Below are positions 51,232 through 60,967 of a stretch of DNA of 64,000 nt, piece after piece. The notes below the pieces were generated by a model that searched no databases, had not been told where the DNA came from, and saw only the letters and a list, made by a program, of their open reading frames with translations. Source of the DNA: Gemmatimonadaceae bacterium (GTDB lineage Bacteria > Gemmatimonadota > Gemmatimonadetes > Gemmatimonadales > Gemmatimonadaceae). The DNA lies in the NCBI GenBank assembly GCA_035444005.1, contig DAOMNV010000007.1, forward strand, positions 11,604-75,603, read 5' to 3'. The position numbers were made by a program, and so were the translations under genes. The first letter of the stretch is position 1, and every line of letters starts with the position of its first letter.

Positions 51232-51908
51232 GCGCCGACCCGAGCGGCGTCAGCTCCGCGCGGGTCTCGGTGGTGATTCCCGCCTTCAATGAAGGCGCGA
51301 CGGTCGGCGCCAGCGTCAGCGCCGCCGTCGGGCATCCGCTCGTGGACGAAGTGATCGTCGTGGATGATGGCTCCTCCGACGGCAGCGCCGCCGCCGCCGC
51401 GCGTGCGGGCGCGCGGGTGATCCGCCTCGCCGGCAATTCCGGCAAGGCGACGGCCCTCGACGCCGGCGTCAGCGCCGCGCGCAACGACACCCTGCTCTTT
51501 CTCGACGCCGACGTCACCGGCCACACGCAGGCCACGCTCACGCGCATCATCCAACCCGTGCTCGACGGCCGCGTCGAGATGTTCGTCGGCGTCCACGCGC
51601 GGCGCACGCTGTGGCTCAATCGCCTGCTGCACGTGTTCCCCATCATCGGCGGCGACCGCGCGCTCACGCGCCGGCTCTGGGACGCCGTGCCCGCCGGGCA
51701 CAAGCGTGGGTTTGAGATCGAGATCGCGATGAACCACACCGCCAAGCGCTTCCCGCGCCGGATGGGGCACGCGCTGATCCGCGGGCTCACGCATCAGCCC
51801 AAGGAGCGGAAGTATGGCCTGCTGGTGGGACTGTGGCGGCGCCTCGTGATGCTGCGGGACATCGTGCGGGTGACGTTCAGGCTCTACATTCTCGGCGCAA
51901 GCTCGTAG
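51228..51908 (+). CDS. family-2 glycosyltransferase
   Basis: GTG start overlapping the dedA stop. GT2 motifs: VSVVIPAFNEG; EVIVVDDGSSDGS; LFLDADV. Confidence 0.7.
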   Translation: MSADPSGVSSARVSVVIPAFNEGATVGASVSAAVGHPLVDEVIVVDDGSSDGSAAAAARAGARVIRLAGNSGKATALDAGVSAARNDTLLFLDADVTGHTQATLTRIIQPVLDGRVEMFVGVHARRTLWLNRLLHVFPIIGGDRALTRRLWDAVPAGHKRGFEIEIAMNHTAKRFPRRMGHALIRGLTHQPKERKYGLLVGLWRRLVMLRDIVRVTFRLYILGASS

Positions 51909-51968
51909 GGTAGAACCGCCACGCAGGAACGAGTACGTTCGCATCGAAGACGACGATGAATGCCATAC

Positions 51969-52415
51969 TTACTCGATTCCTAGCTCCTGATCCATTGCCG
52001 AGAGATCCGCGAGCGCGCGCCGCGACGTCTGCTCTTGCGACTTTCGGTAGGCGAACACATCCTCGGCGCGCAGGCGCCGATGGGTGCCGACCATCTGGTA
52101 GGGAATGGCACCGGCCTCGAGCAACTTCACGAGGAACGGGCGCGAGACATTCAGGAGGTCGGCCGCTTGCTGCGTTGTCAGCCGCGCGTGGACAGGCATC
52201 AAGGTCACGGCATTCCCATTGGCCATCTGCGCAAGAAGCTCCACCAGCATCTGTGCCGCCCGCCTCGGGAGCACGACCCGCGCCTCACCGTCGATATCCG
52301 TGGAGATCGTGACTGTACCGCCGGCGTGCGCGCGTAGCGACAGAGCCAGCTTGCGCGCGGCCTGCTTTGCGAGTTCGACGTCATCTCTCGTAGGGAGATC
52401 AAGCGTGTCCGACAT
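51969..52415 (-). CDS. excisionase-family helix-turn-helix DNA-binding protein
   Basis: LTTQQAADLLNVSRPFLVKLLEAGAIPYQMVGTHRRLRAEDV is an excisionase/MerR-type HTH. Start at MSDTLDL (52415). Confidence 0.55.
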   Translation of the reverse strand: MSDTLDLPTRDDVELAKQAARKLALSLRAHAGGTVTISTDIDGEARVVLPRRAAQMLVELLAQMANGNAVTLMPVHARLTTQQAADLLNVSRPFLVKLLEAGAIPYQMVGTHRRLRAEDVFAYRKSQEQTSRRALADLSAMDQELGIE

Positions 52416-52570
52416 TCTCGAGCCTCGTGGCCGGTGATGCATCGAATATACCGAACAAACGCAATATTCGCAACAACCGCAACATTCGCCCGCGTTGGAT
52501 TGGCCATCACCGAGACTGTTTGCAGCCCGCATTCCGCGCTCAGCCGATTCCCGCCCACTTCATCGTTTCA

Positions 52571-53221
52571 ATGCCTCCTGTCCACGTAGATCCCGCCCGC
52601 ATCAAGTCCTTCCGCAGCGCCGCAGCCTTCAACACCTGGCTCAGCAAGCAGCACCTCAAGGCCGAGGAGCTCTGGATCCGCATCTTCAAGAAGGACTCCG
52701 GCATCCCGACCATCACCTACGCCGAGGCGCTGGACGTCGTGCTGTGCTGGGGCTGGATCGACGGCATCAAGAAGAGCTACGATGAGGTCTCGTTCCTCCA
52801 GCGCTACACACCGCGCCGCGCGAAGAGCGTCTGGAGCCAGGTCAATCGCGAACACGTCGCGCGCTTGATCAAAGAAGGACGGATGACTGAGCACGGGCTC
52901 AAGCAGGTCGATGCCGCCAAGCAGGACGGCCGCTGGGACGCGGCCTACGCACCGATCCGCAGCGCCTCGGTTGCGGGCATCCCTGACGACCTGCGCGCGG
53001 CAATCAAGAAGAACGCCAAGGCCGAACGCACCTTCGCGACGCTTAACAAGATGAACCTCTTCGCGCTGGCGTATCGCACGAACGCGATGCGCACTCCCGC
53101 GGGGCGCGCGAAGAAGATCGCCGCGCTGGTGGCGATGCTGGCCAAGGGCGAGACGATTACGCCGTTGCCGAAATCGCGACCCGCGGCGCGTCCTGCGGCG
53201 CGAGCCGCCAAGAAGAAGTAG
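52571..53221 (+). CDS. YdeI/OmdA-family (DUF1801/DUF1905-like) protein
   Basis: MPPVHVDPARIKSFRSAAAFNTWLSKQHLKAEELWIRIFKK...HGLKQVDAAKQDGRWDAAY is the YdeI family pattern. Confidence 0.55.
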   Translation: MPPVHVDPARIKSFRSAAAFNTWLSKQHLKAEELWIRIFKKDSGIPTITYAEALDVVLCWGWIDGIKKSYDEVSFLQRYTPRRAKSVWSQVNREHVARLIKEGRMTEHGLKQVDAAKQDGRWDAAYAPIRSASVAGIPDDLRAAIKKNAKAERTFATLNKMNLFALAYRTNAMRTPAGRAKKIAALVAMLAKGETITPLPKSRPAARPAARAAKKK

Positions 53222-53230
53222 AATTTCCGG

Positions 53231-53584
53231 ATGAAACTCGACCGCGTCTTCGCAATGAAGTTCTCGTCCGTCTATCCGCACTACGTCACCAAGGCGGAGA
53301 AGAAGCAGCGCAGCAAGGCCGAGGTGGACCAGGTCATCCGCTGGCTCACAGGCTACACCGCGGCCGGCCTCGCCAAGCAGCTCAAGCGCGAGGTGGACCT
53401 GCGCACGTTCTTCGATGAAGCGCCGAAGCTGAACCCCAACGCGAGCCTGATCACCGGCACGGTCTGCGGCGTGCGCGTGGAGAACGTCGAAGACCCGCTG
53501 ATGCAGAAGATTCGCTATCTCGACAAACTGGTGGACGAGCTGGCGAAGGGGCGGCCGATGGCGAAGGTGTTGCGTAGTGGGTGA
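53231..53584 (+). CDS. DUF2200-family protein
   Basis: [42 protein letters not shown]... is the conserved DUF2200 N-terminus. Confidence 0.55.
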   Translation: MKLDRVFAMKFSSVYPHYVTKAEKKQRSKAEVDQVIRWLTGYTAAGLAKQLKREVDLRTFFDEAPKLNPNASLITGTVCGVRVENVEDPLMQKIRYLDKLVDELAKGRPMAKVLRSG

Positions 53585-53638
53585 TGCGGGCGCGGGATAT
53601 GGTGCCGCACGACAAGGCGCCGGCTGTGCCGCCGGCCG

Positions 53639-54352
53639 TCAGCGCGGCGTACGCAGGATTGTCACGACGGCCGACGCCGCATCCGTCGGATTGCCAACAC
53701 CCGTGTGCCGCAGGAGCATACGGGTGTTCTGGCGTACGCGACAGACGATCGTCTCTCGCGGGCCGCGCGAGTCCGGTACGCAGAGCAAGTCCGCGGCGAG
53801 TTCAAGACGCTGCGGTTCATCGGGCCGCGTGTCCGTCGTCACCGTGATGCGATGCCAGCCCGGTCGCAGGTCCCACGCGCGGACCTGACCCGGCAGCAGG
53901 CGAACGGTATCGGCGAAGATGCGGTCCTGCACGCCAACCACGCCGCGCAGTCGCTGTCGGAGATTGAGATCCGCATACACGCGGGTCTGCCCCGCATCCA
54001 CCGGCTGCACGCGCCCCTCCACGAGTCGCACGACGCTCGTGTCCTCGACGACCTGCATCGGGAGGTCCACCGTGTCCACGCGACCGTTGTTGCGCTCCAG
54101 TACGGCGCGGAACTGATACGCCGAGTCGCGCAGGTCGAGTTCGACGAAGCCTTCAAGCAGTCGCGATGCACGCACAGCCTCCGGGCCGCGCATCGGTACG
54201 GGCACCGCGAGCGACGGCGAGGCCGAGGCCACGCCGGCAGATTCGCCACGCGTTGCCTCGGCCCCGCCACAGCCAACTACTCCTGCCGCCACCGCGAGTA
54301 GCGCGGCAGCGCACCGTCGCACGCATCGCAGGCGCATCGCCCGGCGCGGCAT
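53639..54352 (-). CDS. hypothetical lipoprotein (start approximate)
   Basis: Signal peptide with lipobox (AAALLAVAAGVVGCGG). It lies downstream of the flotillin/NfeD pair on the same strand. Confidence 0.45.
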   Translation of the reverse strand: MPRRAMRLRCVRRCAAALLAVAAGVVGCGGAEATRGESAGVASASPSLAVPVPMRGPEAVRASRLLEGFVELDLRDSAYQFRAVLERNNGRVDTVDLPMQVVEDTSVVRLVEGRVQPVDAGQTRVYADLNLRQRLRGVVGVQDRIFADTVRLLPGQVRAWDLRPGWHRITVTTDTRPDEPQRLELAADLLCVPDSRGPRETIVCRVRQNTRMLLRHTGVGNPTDAASAVVTILRTPR

Positions 54353-54362
54353 CAGGCCACGC

Positions 54363-55685
54363 CTACTTCTTGCCCGTCTCCACCGGCGCGGAAATCGCCG
54401 GCGCCGCCGGAGGCGCCTCCGCACGCTTGGCCGCCGCCTGGATCACCGACTGGATATCGATGCCGAACGCCGAGCCCAATCCCTCGAGCGTCTTGTACGC
54501 CGCGTTCACACGCTGATTGGCCGCGTTGCTCACGCCGTCGCCCGCGCCGCCGTCCATCACGACGAGACGATCGATATCGATGCCCTTCACCGCACCCACC
54601 GCGGTCTCGAGCAGCGTCGGCAACTTCTCGGCCATAAACACCGCGAAGCCCTGGTCGCCGGCGTTGTTGATCTGCGCGTAGAGCATCCGCAGCACCTCGA
54701 CCTGCGCCTTGCCGTTCTCGAGGATCGGCGCGGCCTCGGCGCGCGCGCGCAGCTCGGCGGCCTTGCGTTCGGCTTCCGCCGGCTCGACGACGTCGGCGAG
54801 CAGCTTGCGCTTCTGCAACTCGACGCGCTGGCTCTCGAGGTTCTGCTGCGCCTCCACCTCGGCACGCTGCGCCTCCACCTGCGCGACGCGCTCGATCGTC
54901 TCGGCTTCCTGGTTGAGCTTGGCCTGCTTCACGCGCAGCTCGTTGCGCGCGCTGGCCACGGCGATCTCCGCCTCGGCCTTCGCGACTTCGGCGAGGCGCA
55001 TCGCCTCGGCCTGGCGCTGCTTCGTCTCGGCTTCGTTCTCCGCTTCGGCGATCTGCGCGCTCTTGAGCACCTGCGCGGTCTTGGAGCGGCCGACCGCGGC
55101 GAGGTAGCCGACTTCGTCGGTGACGTTCTGGATCTTCAGCGTGTCGAGCTGCAAGCCGAGCTTCTGCAGGTCCTGGTCGGCTTCGTCGAGCAGCTGCGCG
55201 GCGAACTTCATCCGGTCTTCGTTGACTTCCTCGGGCGTCATCGTCGCGAGCACGCCGCGCAGGTTGGCCGAGAGCGTTTCCTTGGCGAGTTCCTCGATCT
55301 CCAGCACGTTCTTGCCGAGCAGGCGCTCGACGCCGTTGTTGAACGTGGCCTCGGGCTCCGACGCGACCTTGATGTTGCCGACGGCCTGCACCGAGAGCGG
55401 GATGCCGCCCTTGGAGAAGGCGTTCTGCACGTTGAGCTCGATGGGGATCGTCGCCAGCGGCATCCACGAGACGTGCTCGATGATCGGGATGCGCACCGTG
55501 CGTCCGCCGATGACGGCGCGGTAGCCGACGCTGCGGCCGTCGCCGAGCTGCCGGTCGCGACCGGTTATCACGGCCGCCGAGTTGGGCGGCACGATGACGA
55601 TGAGCGCCTTGATGGTGATGACGAGGGCGATGAGCGCGCCGACCACCACTCCGGCGGCGACGAGCGGACCGATGAACGCTTCCAC
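54363..55685 (-). CDS. flotillin-like SPFH/band-7 protein
   Basis: N-terminal TM segment, SPFH domain, and long Ala/Glu-rich coiled-coil flotillin repeats (AEAENEAETKQRQAEAMRLAEVAKAEAEIAVA...). Confidence 0.8.
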   Translation of the reverse strand: MEAFIGPLVAAGVVVGALIALVITIKALIVIVPPNSAAVITGRDRQLGDGRSVGYRAVIGGRTVRIPIIEHVSWMPLATIPIELNVQNAFSKGGIPLSVQAVGNIKVASEPEATFNNGVERLLGKNVLEIEELAKETLSANLRGVLATMTPEEVNEDRMKFAAQLLDEADQDLQKLGLQLDTLKIQNVTDEVGYLAAVGRSKTAQVLKSAQIAEAENEAETKQRQAEAMRLAEVAKAEAEIAVASARNELRVKQAKLNQEAETIERVAQVEAQRAEVEAQQNLESQRVELQKRKLLADVVEPAEAERKAAELRARAEAAPILENGKAQVEVLRMLYAQINNAGDQGFAVFMAEKLPTLLETAVGAVKGIDIDRLVVMDGGAGDGVSNAANQRVNAAYKTLEGLGSAFGIDIQSVIQAAAKRAEAPPAAPAISAPVETGKK

Positions 55686-55693
55686 GGAGACTC

Positions 55694-56248
55694 CTAGGGA
55701 TTGGGCAATGAGAGGGGATCCTGCGCGCCCGCGTCGAGCGGCGTGACGAGGGCGGTGCCGCGCTGCATTTCCACGACGATCACCTGCTGCCAGCTGCGCG
55801 GATCGCCGTGCGCGTCGTCGAAGGGACGGGCCAGCAGTTCAAAGGTACGATCCGCGCGCGAGACGAGCACCTTGCCCGTGCCGCTCTCGCCGAAGGGCAG
55901 CGTGATGCGCCCGCTGAGTCCGATGAACGTGTCGTCGCCGCCACGCGCGCCCGACTCCGTGCGGCGCAGGTAGCGGAACGTCGCGTTGACGATGGCCGAG
56001 ACGCCGAGTCCCGCGCCGGCGGCCAGCGCGGCGATGATCGGCGCGGTGGCCGCGTGCCAGGTGAGCGTGAGCACCGCGCCCACGCCGCCGAACACGAAGG
56101 CGAAGTAGCTCAGGCCGCGCAGCGAGAGCCACTTGAGCGCATCTATGTCGGCGAGGTCGCTCGCATCCGCGTCGGCGTCGCCGCCGAACATCGAGAAGGC
56201 GAGGAGACCGGCGCCGAGGATCAGCGCGAACAGGTAGAGGGACATCAT
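55694..56248 (-). CDS. NfeD-like membrane protein (flotillin partner)
   Basis: Two TM helices plus a C-terminal OB-fold-like domain (GKVLVSRADRTFELLARPFD). It is immediately upstream of and co-directional with the flotillin gene. Confidence 0.65.
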   Translation of the reverse strand: MMSLYLFALILGAGLLAFSMFGGDADADASDLADIDALKWLSLRGLSYFAFVFGGVGAVLTLTWHAATAPIIAALAAGAGLGVSAIVNATFRYLRRTESGARGGDDTFIGLSGRITLPFGESGTGKVLVSRADRTFELLARPFDDAHGDPRSWQQVIVVEMQRGTALVTPLDAGAQDPLSLPNP

Positions 56249-56446
56249 CGGCGGGCGACTCCGGGTGGGGGCGACTCGTGACTGCCGTATTCTACGTCCG
56301 CGTCGGGGTGCAGTGTCAGTGCCAGGCGGCGCGTTTTCGCGATGCGGCGGGCGCTACGGCGCTGGGAGAGACTCGTCCGTCATCACACATCCTCTGGAGG
56401 CCAGCGACCAGTCATTGCGTAAACCTAACTGTTAGGTTATCATACC

Positions 56447-56570
56447 TTGCCAACGGTACTCCGAGTAGACGGGCTTCCATCGGGATTCGGACATCGTGCG
56501 CGCGATTCGGTTCACGGAACTGCACCTCGAGTTCCTGATCTCCAAGTGGAAGGAGATTCACGATGCGTAG
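56447..56570 (+). pseudogene. degraded DUF4160-family gene remnant (two frames, internal deletion)
   Basis: Frame a: (M)PTVLRVDGLPSGFGH... resembles a DUF4160 N-terminus. Frame b: ...IRFTELHLEFLISKWKEIHDA* resembles a DUF4160 C-terminus. The whole remnant is only about 41 codons, whereas the family is typically about 75-90 aa. It is adjacent to a DUF2442 gene, the usual partner. Confidence 0.35.
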
Positions 56571-57018
56571 AAAGCCACTCAGTACGGCCGAGATACTCGC
56601 GCAGATTCCCGCGGCGCGTCGAGCGGAAGCCGCCGATCGCACGGCCGGTCGCCGCGCGTTGAGCGCCTCGTATGATCGCAGCAAAGGACGCGTGCTCATC
56701 GAGCTCAGCAATGGCTCGCTGTTCGGCTTCGTCGCATCGCAGATCCCGGCGCTTGCCGGGATGACAGACGCAGATCTCGCGCGCGTGACGGTCAGCCCAG
56801 GGGGAATCAGCATTCACTGGGACGACTTGGACATTGGCCTCTCTGTGCCGGGACTCTTGCTCGACGCAGTCGAGCGAAGCGCCGCCCGCAGCGAACTCGC
56901 CCGCATCGCCGGCAGCACTCGCAGCCGAGCAAAGGCAGCCGCCTCACGCGCCAACGGAAAGAAAGGCGGCCGGCCGCGGAAGCGGCCGGCCGCATCGGGC
57001 ACGAAGTCGAAGCGTTAA
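56563..57018 (+). CDS. DUF2442-family protein with basic C-terminal tail
   Basis: RVLIELSNGSLFGFVASQIPALAGMTDADLARVTVSPGGISIHWDDLDIGLSV matches the DUF2442 pattern. Confidence 0.5.
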   Translation: MRRKPLSTAEILAQIPAARRAEAADRTAGRRALSASYDRSKGRVLIELSNGSLFGFVASQIPALAGMTDADLARVTVSPGGISIHWDDLDIGLSVPGLLLDAVERSAARSELARIAGSTRSRAKAAASRANGKKGGRPRKRPAASGTKSKR

Positions 57019-57094
57019 GGGGACCACCTATTGTCCGAAATGCCGTAGCGTCGAAAACAGGAGCAACGGCCCCGGCGCACGGATCAGAACTCGC

Positions 57095-58164
57095 TCAACC
57101 ATCCCCCGCCAACCGCTCCTCGATATCCGCGAGGTGCAGCGCGTCCATCAGCTCGTCGATCTTCCCGTCCATCACGCCCGCCAGGTCGTGCGTCGTGTAT
57201 CCGATGCGATGATCGGTGACGCGCGACTGCGGATAGTTGTACGTCCGGATCTTCGCCGAACGATCGCCAGTCGACACCTGCGACTTCCGCATCCGCGAGC
57301 GCTCGGCTTCCGCCTCGGCCACCTTCAGGTCGAGCAGGCGTGAGCGCAGCACTTCCATCGCCTTCAGCTTGTTCTGCAGCTGCGACTTCTGGTCCTGTTG
57401 CGAGACGACCAGACCCGAAGGCAAGTGCGTGATGCGCACAGCGGAGTCGGTGGTGTTCACGGACTGCCCGCCGGGCCCCGAGGAGCGGAACACGTCGATG
57501 CGAAGATCCTTCTCCTCGATCTTGAGGTCGATCTCCTCGGCTTCGGGCAGCACGGCGACGGTCGCGGCCGAGGTGTGGATGCGCCCCTGCGCCTCGGTGG
57601 CGGGCACGCGCTGCACGCGGTGGACGCCGGATTCAAAGCGCAGCGCGCCGAAGGCCTGCGGGCCGCTCACCTTGAAGATCGCTTCCTTGATGCCGCCCAA
57701 GGTGGCGTCGGCCAGCGAGATCATCTCGATGCGCCAGCCGCCGTGCCGCTCGATGTAGCGGGTGTACATCCGGTAGAGGTCGGCGGCGAAGAGCGCGGCC
57801 TCGTCGCCGCCGGTACCGGCGCGGATCTCGACGATGGCATTGCGGTCGTGCAGCGGATCGGGCGGCACGAGGAGGGGGCGGAGGGCAAGCTCCGCGGCCT
57901 CGATGGCCGCGCCGAGGCGCTCGACTTCGCGCCTGGCCTCGGCGGCCATCTCGGGGTCGTCAAACGACAAAAGCTCGCGCGCCTGCGCGAGCTCGTCGTC
58001 CATCTTCTCGAGGGCCTTCGCGCGCTCGACGACCTGTCCGAGGCGCTGGTGCTCACGGCCCAGCGACGCCATCAACTTGGCGTCGCGGTCTTGGGATCGA
58101 GAAGGTCGCGCTCGACCGCTTCCGCGCGTAGGAGCGCGTCGGCGAGCCGGTCGCGGATACTCAG
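57095..58164 (-). CDS. prfA: peptide chain release factor 1; apparent frameshift near 58080-58085 separates the first about 30 codons from the main frame
   Basis: The main frame (57095-58075) has RF1 motifs PAT (PxT) and GGQ ([21 protein letters not shown]). The adjacent frame encodes [27 protein letters not shown], which matches the RF1 N-terminal helix. There is no canonical start codon for it (CTG/ATC overlapping the rpmE stop). Confidence 0.75.
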
Positions 58165-58367
58165 GCGGTCGCCTTCCCGTACTTCTGGCGGAAGCGCTCA
58201 ACACGGCCAGCGGTGTCGATGAGCTTCTGCTTGCCCGTGTAGAACGGGTGGCAAGCGGCGCAGATGTCGGTATGGATCTCCGCGATGGTCGAGCGCGTCT
58301 GGAACTTGTTGCCGCAGGCGCAGCTCACCGTGGCGGTGGCGTAGGTCGGATGGATTTCGGGCTTCAT
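58161..58367 (-). CDS. rpmE: 50S ribosomal protein L31 (zinc-binding type)
   Basis: [48 protein letters not shown]... is L31 with the Cys motifs. Confidence 0.8.
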   Translation of the reverse strand: MKPEIHPTYATATVSCACGNKFQTRSTIAEIHTDICAACHPFYTGKQKLIDTAGRVERFRQKYGKATA

Positions 58368-58485
58368 ACTGGCCTCAGGTACGGTTTGGAGCGAGCCTAG
58401 AAGAATATCCGGAATCTCCATAAGACGCAAGGTGACAACGATTTGACGTTTGACAGCCCCCCTCCGACGGCGGTACCTTCGCGGA

Positions 58486-59157
58486 ATGAACACCGCCGAT
58501 TTCCTCGCCTCGGTCCCGCTCTTCCGCAGCCTCGGGCCCGAAGTGTCCAATTTCGCCCAGATGGCCCGCGAGAAGAGCTACCCCAAGGGCAGCGTCATCC
58601 TCTTCGAGGACGACCCGGGCGACTCGCTCTTCGTCGTCCGCGATGGCCGCGTCAAAGTCGTCCTCGTCGCCGACGACGGTCGCGAGGTCATCCTCGGGAT
58701 CCTCGGCGTCGGCGAGCACTTCGGCGAGCTCTCCCTCATCGACGACCAGCCGCGCTCGGCCCACGTGGTCGCGATGGAAGACTCGACGCTGCTCGTGCTG
58801 CGCCGCGACGACTTCCGCCGCCGCGTCGAGCAGAGCCCGCAGGTGGCCTGGGCGCTCCTGATGGAACTCTCGCGCCGCCTGCGCCGCGCCGACGAGAAGA
58901 TCGGCTCGCTGGTGCTGCTCGACGTCCCGGGCCGCATCGCCCGCGTGATCCTCGACGCCGCCGACGAGGTGGGCAAGGACGTCATCGAGAAGCCGCTCAC
59001 GCACCAGACCATCGCCCACGTCATCGGCGCGAGCCGCGAGACGGTGAGCCGGGCGATGCGCGAGTTCGTCGAGAGCGGCTGGATCTCCACCGAAGGCCGC
59101 CGCATCCGCATCAAGGATCGCGCGGCCCTGGAGAAGCGCTCGCAGCAGCGGCTGTGA
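58486..59157 (+). CDS. Crp/Fnr-family transcriptional regulator
   Basis: cNMP-binding domain (FGELSLID) plus C-terminal HTH ([10 protein letters not shown]). Confidence 0.8.
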   Translation: MNTADFLASVPLFRSLGPEVSNFAQMAREKSYPKGSVILFEDDPGDSLFVVRDGRVKVVLVADDGREVILGILGVGEHFGELSLIDDQPRSAHVVAMEDSTLLVLRRDDFRRRVEQSPQVAWALLMELSRRLRRADEKIGSLVLLDVPGRIARVILDAADEVGKDVIEKPLTHQTIAHVIGASRETVSRAMREFVESGWISTEGRRIRIKDRAALEKRSQQRL

Positions 59158-59258
59158 GCGTCCACCCCCTGTGACATCCATCACCCACGCCCCGTGACGC
59201 GCTTCCTTCACCTTCGGGCCGCCGCGGCGGCAGATTATGGCGTGACGCTGGGGGCGCG

Positions 59259-60134
59259 ATGAGCTTGCGGGTCCGGTTCTGGGGAACCCGCGGGTCCATT
59301 CCGACCCCGGGGGCGCTGACGGTGCGGTACGGGGGGAACACTCCCTGCGTGGAGGTCCGGACGGACGAGGGCTGGCTGGTCATCCTCGACGCCGGGACGG
59401 GCATCCGCGAGCTGGGGCGGGATCTGCTGGGGCGGTCCAACGGGGCGCCGATCGTGGGGGACATCTTCCTCACGCACGCGCACTGGGACCACATCCAGGG
59501 CATCCCGTTCTTCGCCCCGATCTTCGGCCGAGGGAATCATTTCACGATCTGGGGCTCCGAAACTTTGGAGCGCAGCTTCGCGAAAGTGTTGCGGGACCAG
59601 ATGTCGCCCGTCGTGTTTCCGGTAAGCTTCGAGGAACTGGACGCGACGATCGACTTCCGCGGTCTTCCGGAAGGCACCCCCACCACGGGGCGGGGGTACG
59701 AGGTGACGGCGTTTGCGGTGCAGCATCCCGGCGGGGCCTTGGGCTACCGGTTTTCGGCGGCCGGGGGACGCGGCGGGGCGCTGGTGTACGTGTCGGACAG
59801 CGAGCTGGGCGCGCACGAGCGCTACGACTCGCCGCCCGACTGGCGGCAGCGGATGGTGGAGTTCGCGCGAGGGGCGGCGGTGCTCGTCCACGACACGACC
59901 TACACCACCGAGGAATACGACCACCACCGGGGCTGGGGGCATTCGACCTTCGCGCAGGCGGTGGAGCTGGGTCTCGAGGCCGGCGTGGGGAAGCTGGTGC
60001 TGTTCCACCACGAGCCGCGACGCACGGACGAACAGCTGGACCAGCAGGTGGCGGCGTGCCGCCAGATGGTGCAGGACCGCGGGGCCACGATGCAGGTGGT
60101 GGCCGCTGCGGAGGGTTTGACCCTGTCTCTCTAA
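59259..60134 (+). CDS. MBL-fold metallo-hydrolase
   Basis: The motif LTHAHWDH (HxHxDH) is typical of the beta-lactamase superfamily. Confidence 0.7.
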   Translation: MSLRVRFWGTRGSIPTPGALTVRYGGNTPCVEVRTDEGWLVILDAGTGIRELGRDLLGRSNGAPIVGDIFLTHAHWDHIQGIPFFAPIFGRGNHFTIWGSETLERSFAKVLRDQMSPVVFPVSFEELDATIDFRGLPEGTPTTGRGYEVTAFAVQHPGGALGYRFSAAGGRGGALVYVSDSELGAHERYDSPPDWRQRMVEFARGAAVLVHDTTYTTEEYDHHRGWGHSTFAQAVELGLEAGVGKLVLFHHEPRRTDEQLDQQVAACRQMVQDRGATMQVVAAAEGLTLSL

Positions 60135-60149
60135 CCTCCTAAGGAGGCT

Positions 60150-60869
60150 GTGATGTTGAAGCAGATCGTGCGTGCCACGGCGGTCGTCGCGTTCGCGGCG
60201 ATGCCGCTCCTCGCCCAGGATGACACGCGTCCGACCGTCGCGGTGTTGCCGTTCGTGAACAGCGCGATCGGGGCGGCGCAGCAGGAACTCGCGCCGCTCT
60301 CCAAGGGCATCGCGGACCTCCTGATCATCGAGCTCTCGCAGAACCCGGGCATCCGCCTCGTGGAGCGCGAGAACATCGAGGCCATCCTGAACGAGCAGAA
60401 CCTGGCCCGTGACGGCCGCGTCGACGACGCCACGGCGGCGCGCATCGGCCGCCTCCTCGGCGCCAAGCACATCATCACGGGCTCCTTCGTGACGGACCGC
60501 TCGGGCACGATGGTCGTGACGCTCAAGAGCATCGACGTCGAGACCTCGCGCATCGCCTGGACGCATATGGACCGCGACCAGTCGGACAACTTCCTCTCGC
60601 TCGTGAGCAAGGTCGGCCGCGCGACGAACGCCGGCCTCAAGCTCCCCGAGCTCACGCCGCAGGCGCGCCAGACCAGCGAGGCCCGCACGCAGGCGCAGGC
60701 CCGCGTGCCGTTCCGCGCGGTGATGATGTACTCGCGCGCCATCAGCGCGCAGGACGCCGGCAACCGACAGGAAGCGCTGACGCTGTTCAACCAGGTCGTG
60801 AACGAGTTCCCGGAGTTCGAGGACGCCAAGAAGGCGCGCGAGCGCCTGCAGGGCGCCGGCACCAACTGA
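60150..60869 (+). CDS. exported hypothetical protein (CsgG/LpoB-like fold suspected)
   Basis: Signal peptide. The pattern PTVAVLPFVNSA...IADLLIIELSQ...IITGSF resembles periplasmic CsgG-like lipoprotein cores. Weak call. Confidence 0.35.
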   Translation: MMLKQIVRATAVVAFAAMPLLAQDDTRPTVAVLPFVNSAIGAAQQELAPLSKGIADLLIIELSQNPGIRLVERENIEAILNEQNLARDGRVDDATAARIGRLLGAKHIITGSFVTDRSGTMVVTLKSIDVETSRIAWTHMDRDQSDNFLSLVSKVGRATNAGLKLPELTPQARQTSEARTQAQARVPFRAVMMYSRAISAQDAGNRQEALTLFNQVVNEFPEFEDAKKARERLQGAGTN

Positions 60870-60967
60870 GTGCTGACTGGCGCCTCGCGCCGGAATATCG
60901 ACAACTTTGAACCGCCGGTGCCCATCGCGGGCGCCGGCGGTTCGGTTTTTCCCCCTCGTCCCGCGCC

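Noticed and set aside
58060-58170. prfB-style programmed +1 frameshift for the release-factor gene
   Set aside because: The protein has the RF1 PxT motif, not the RF2 SPF motif. The required shift is -1, with no slippery heptamer or upstream SD-like element. Sequence error or mutation is more parsimonious.
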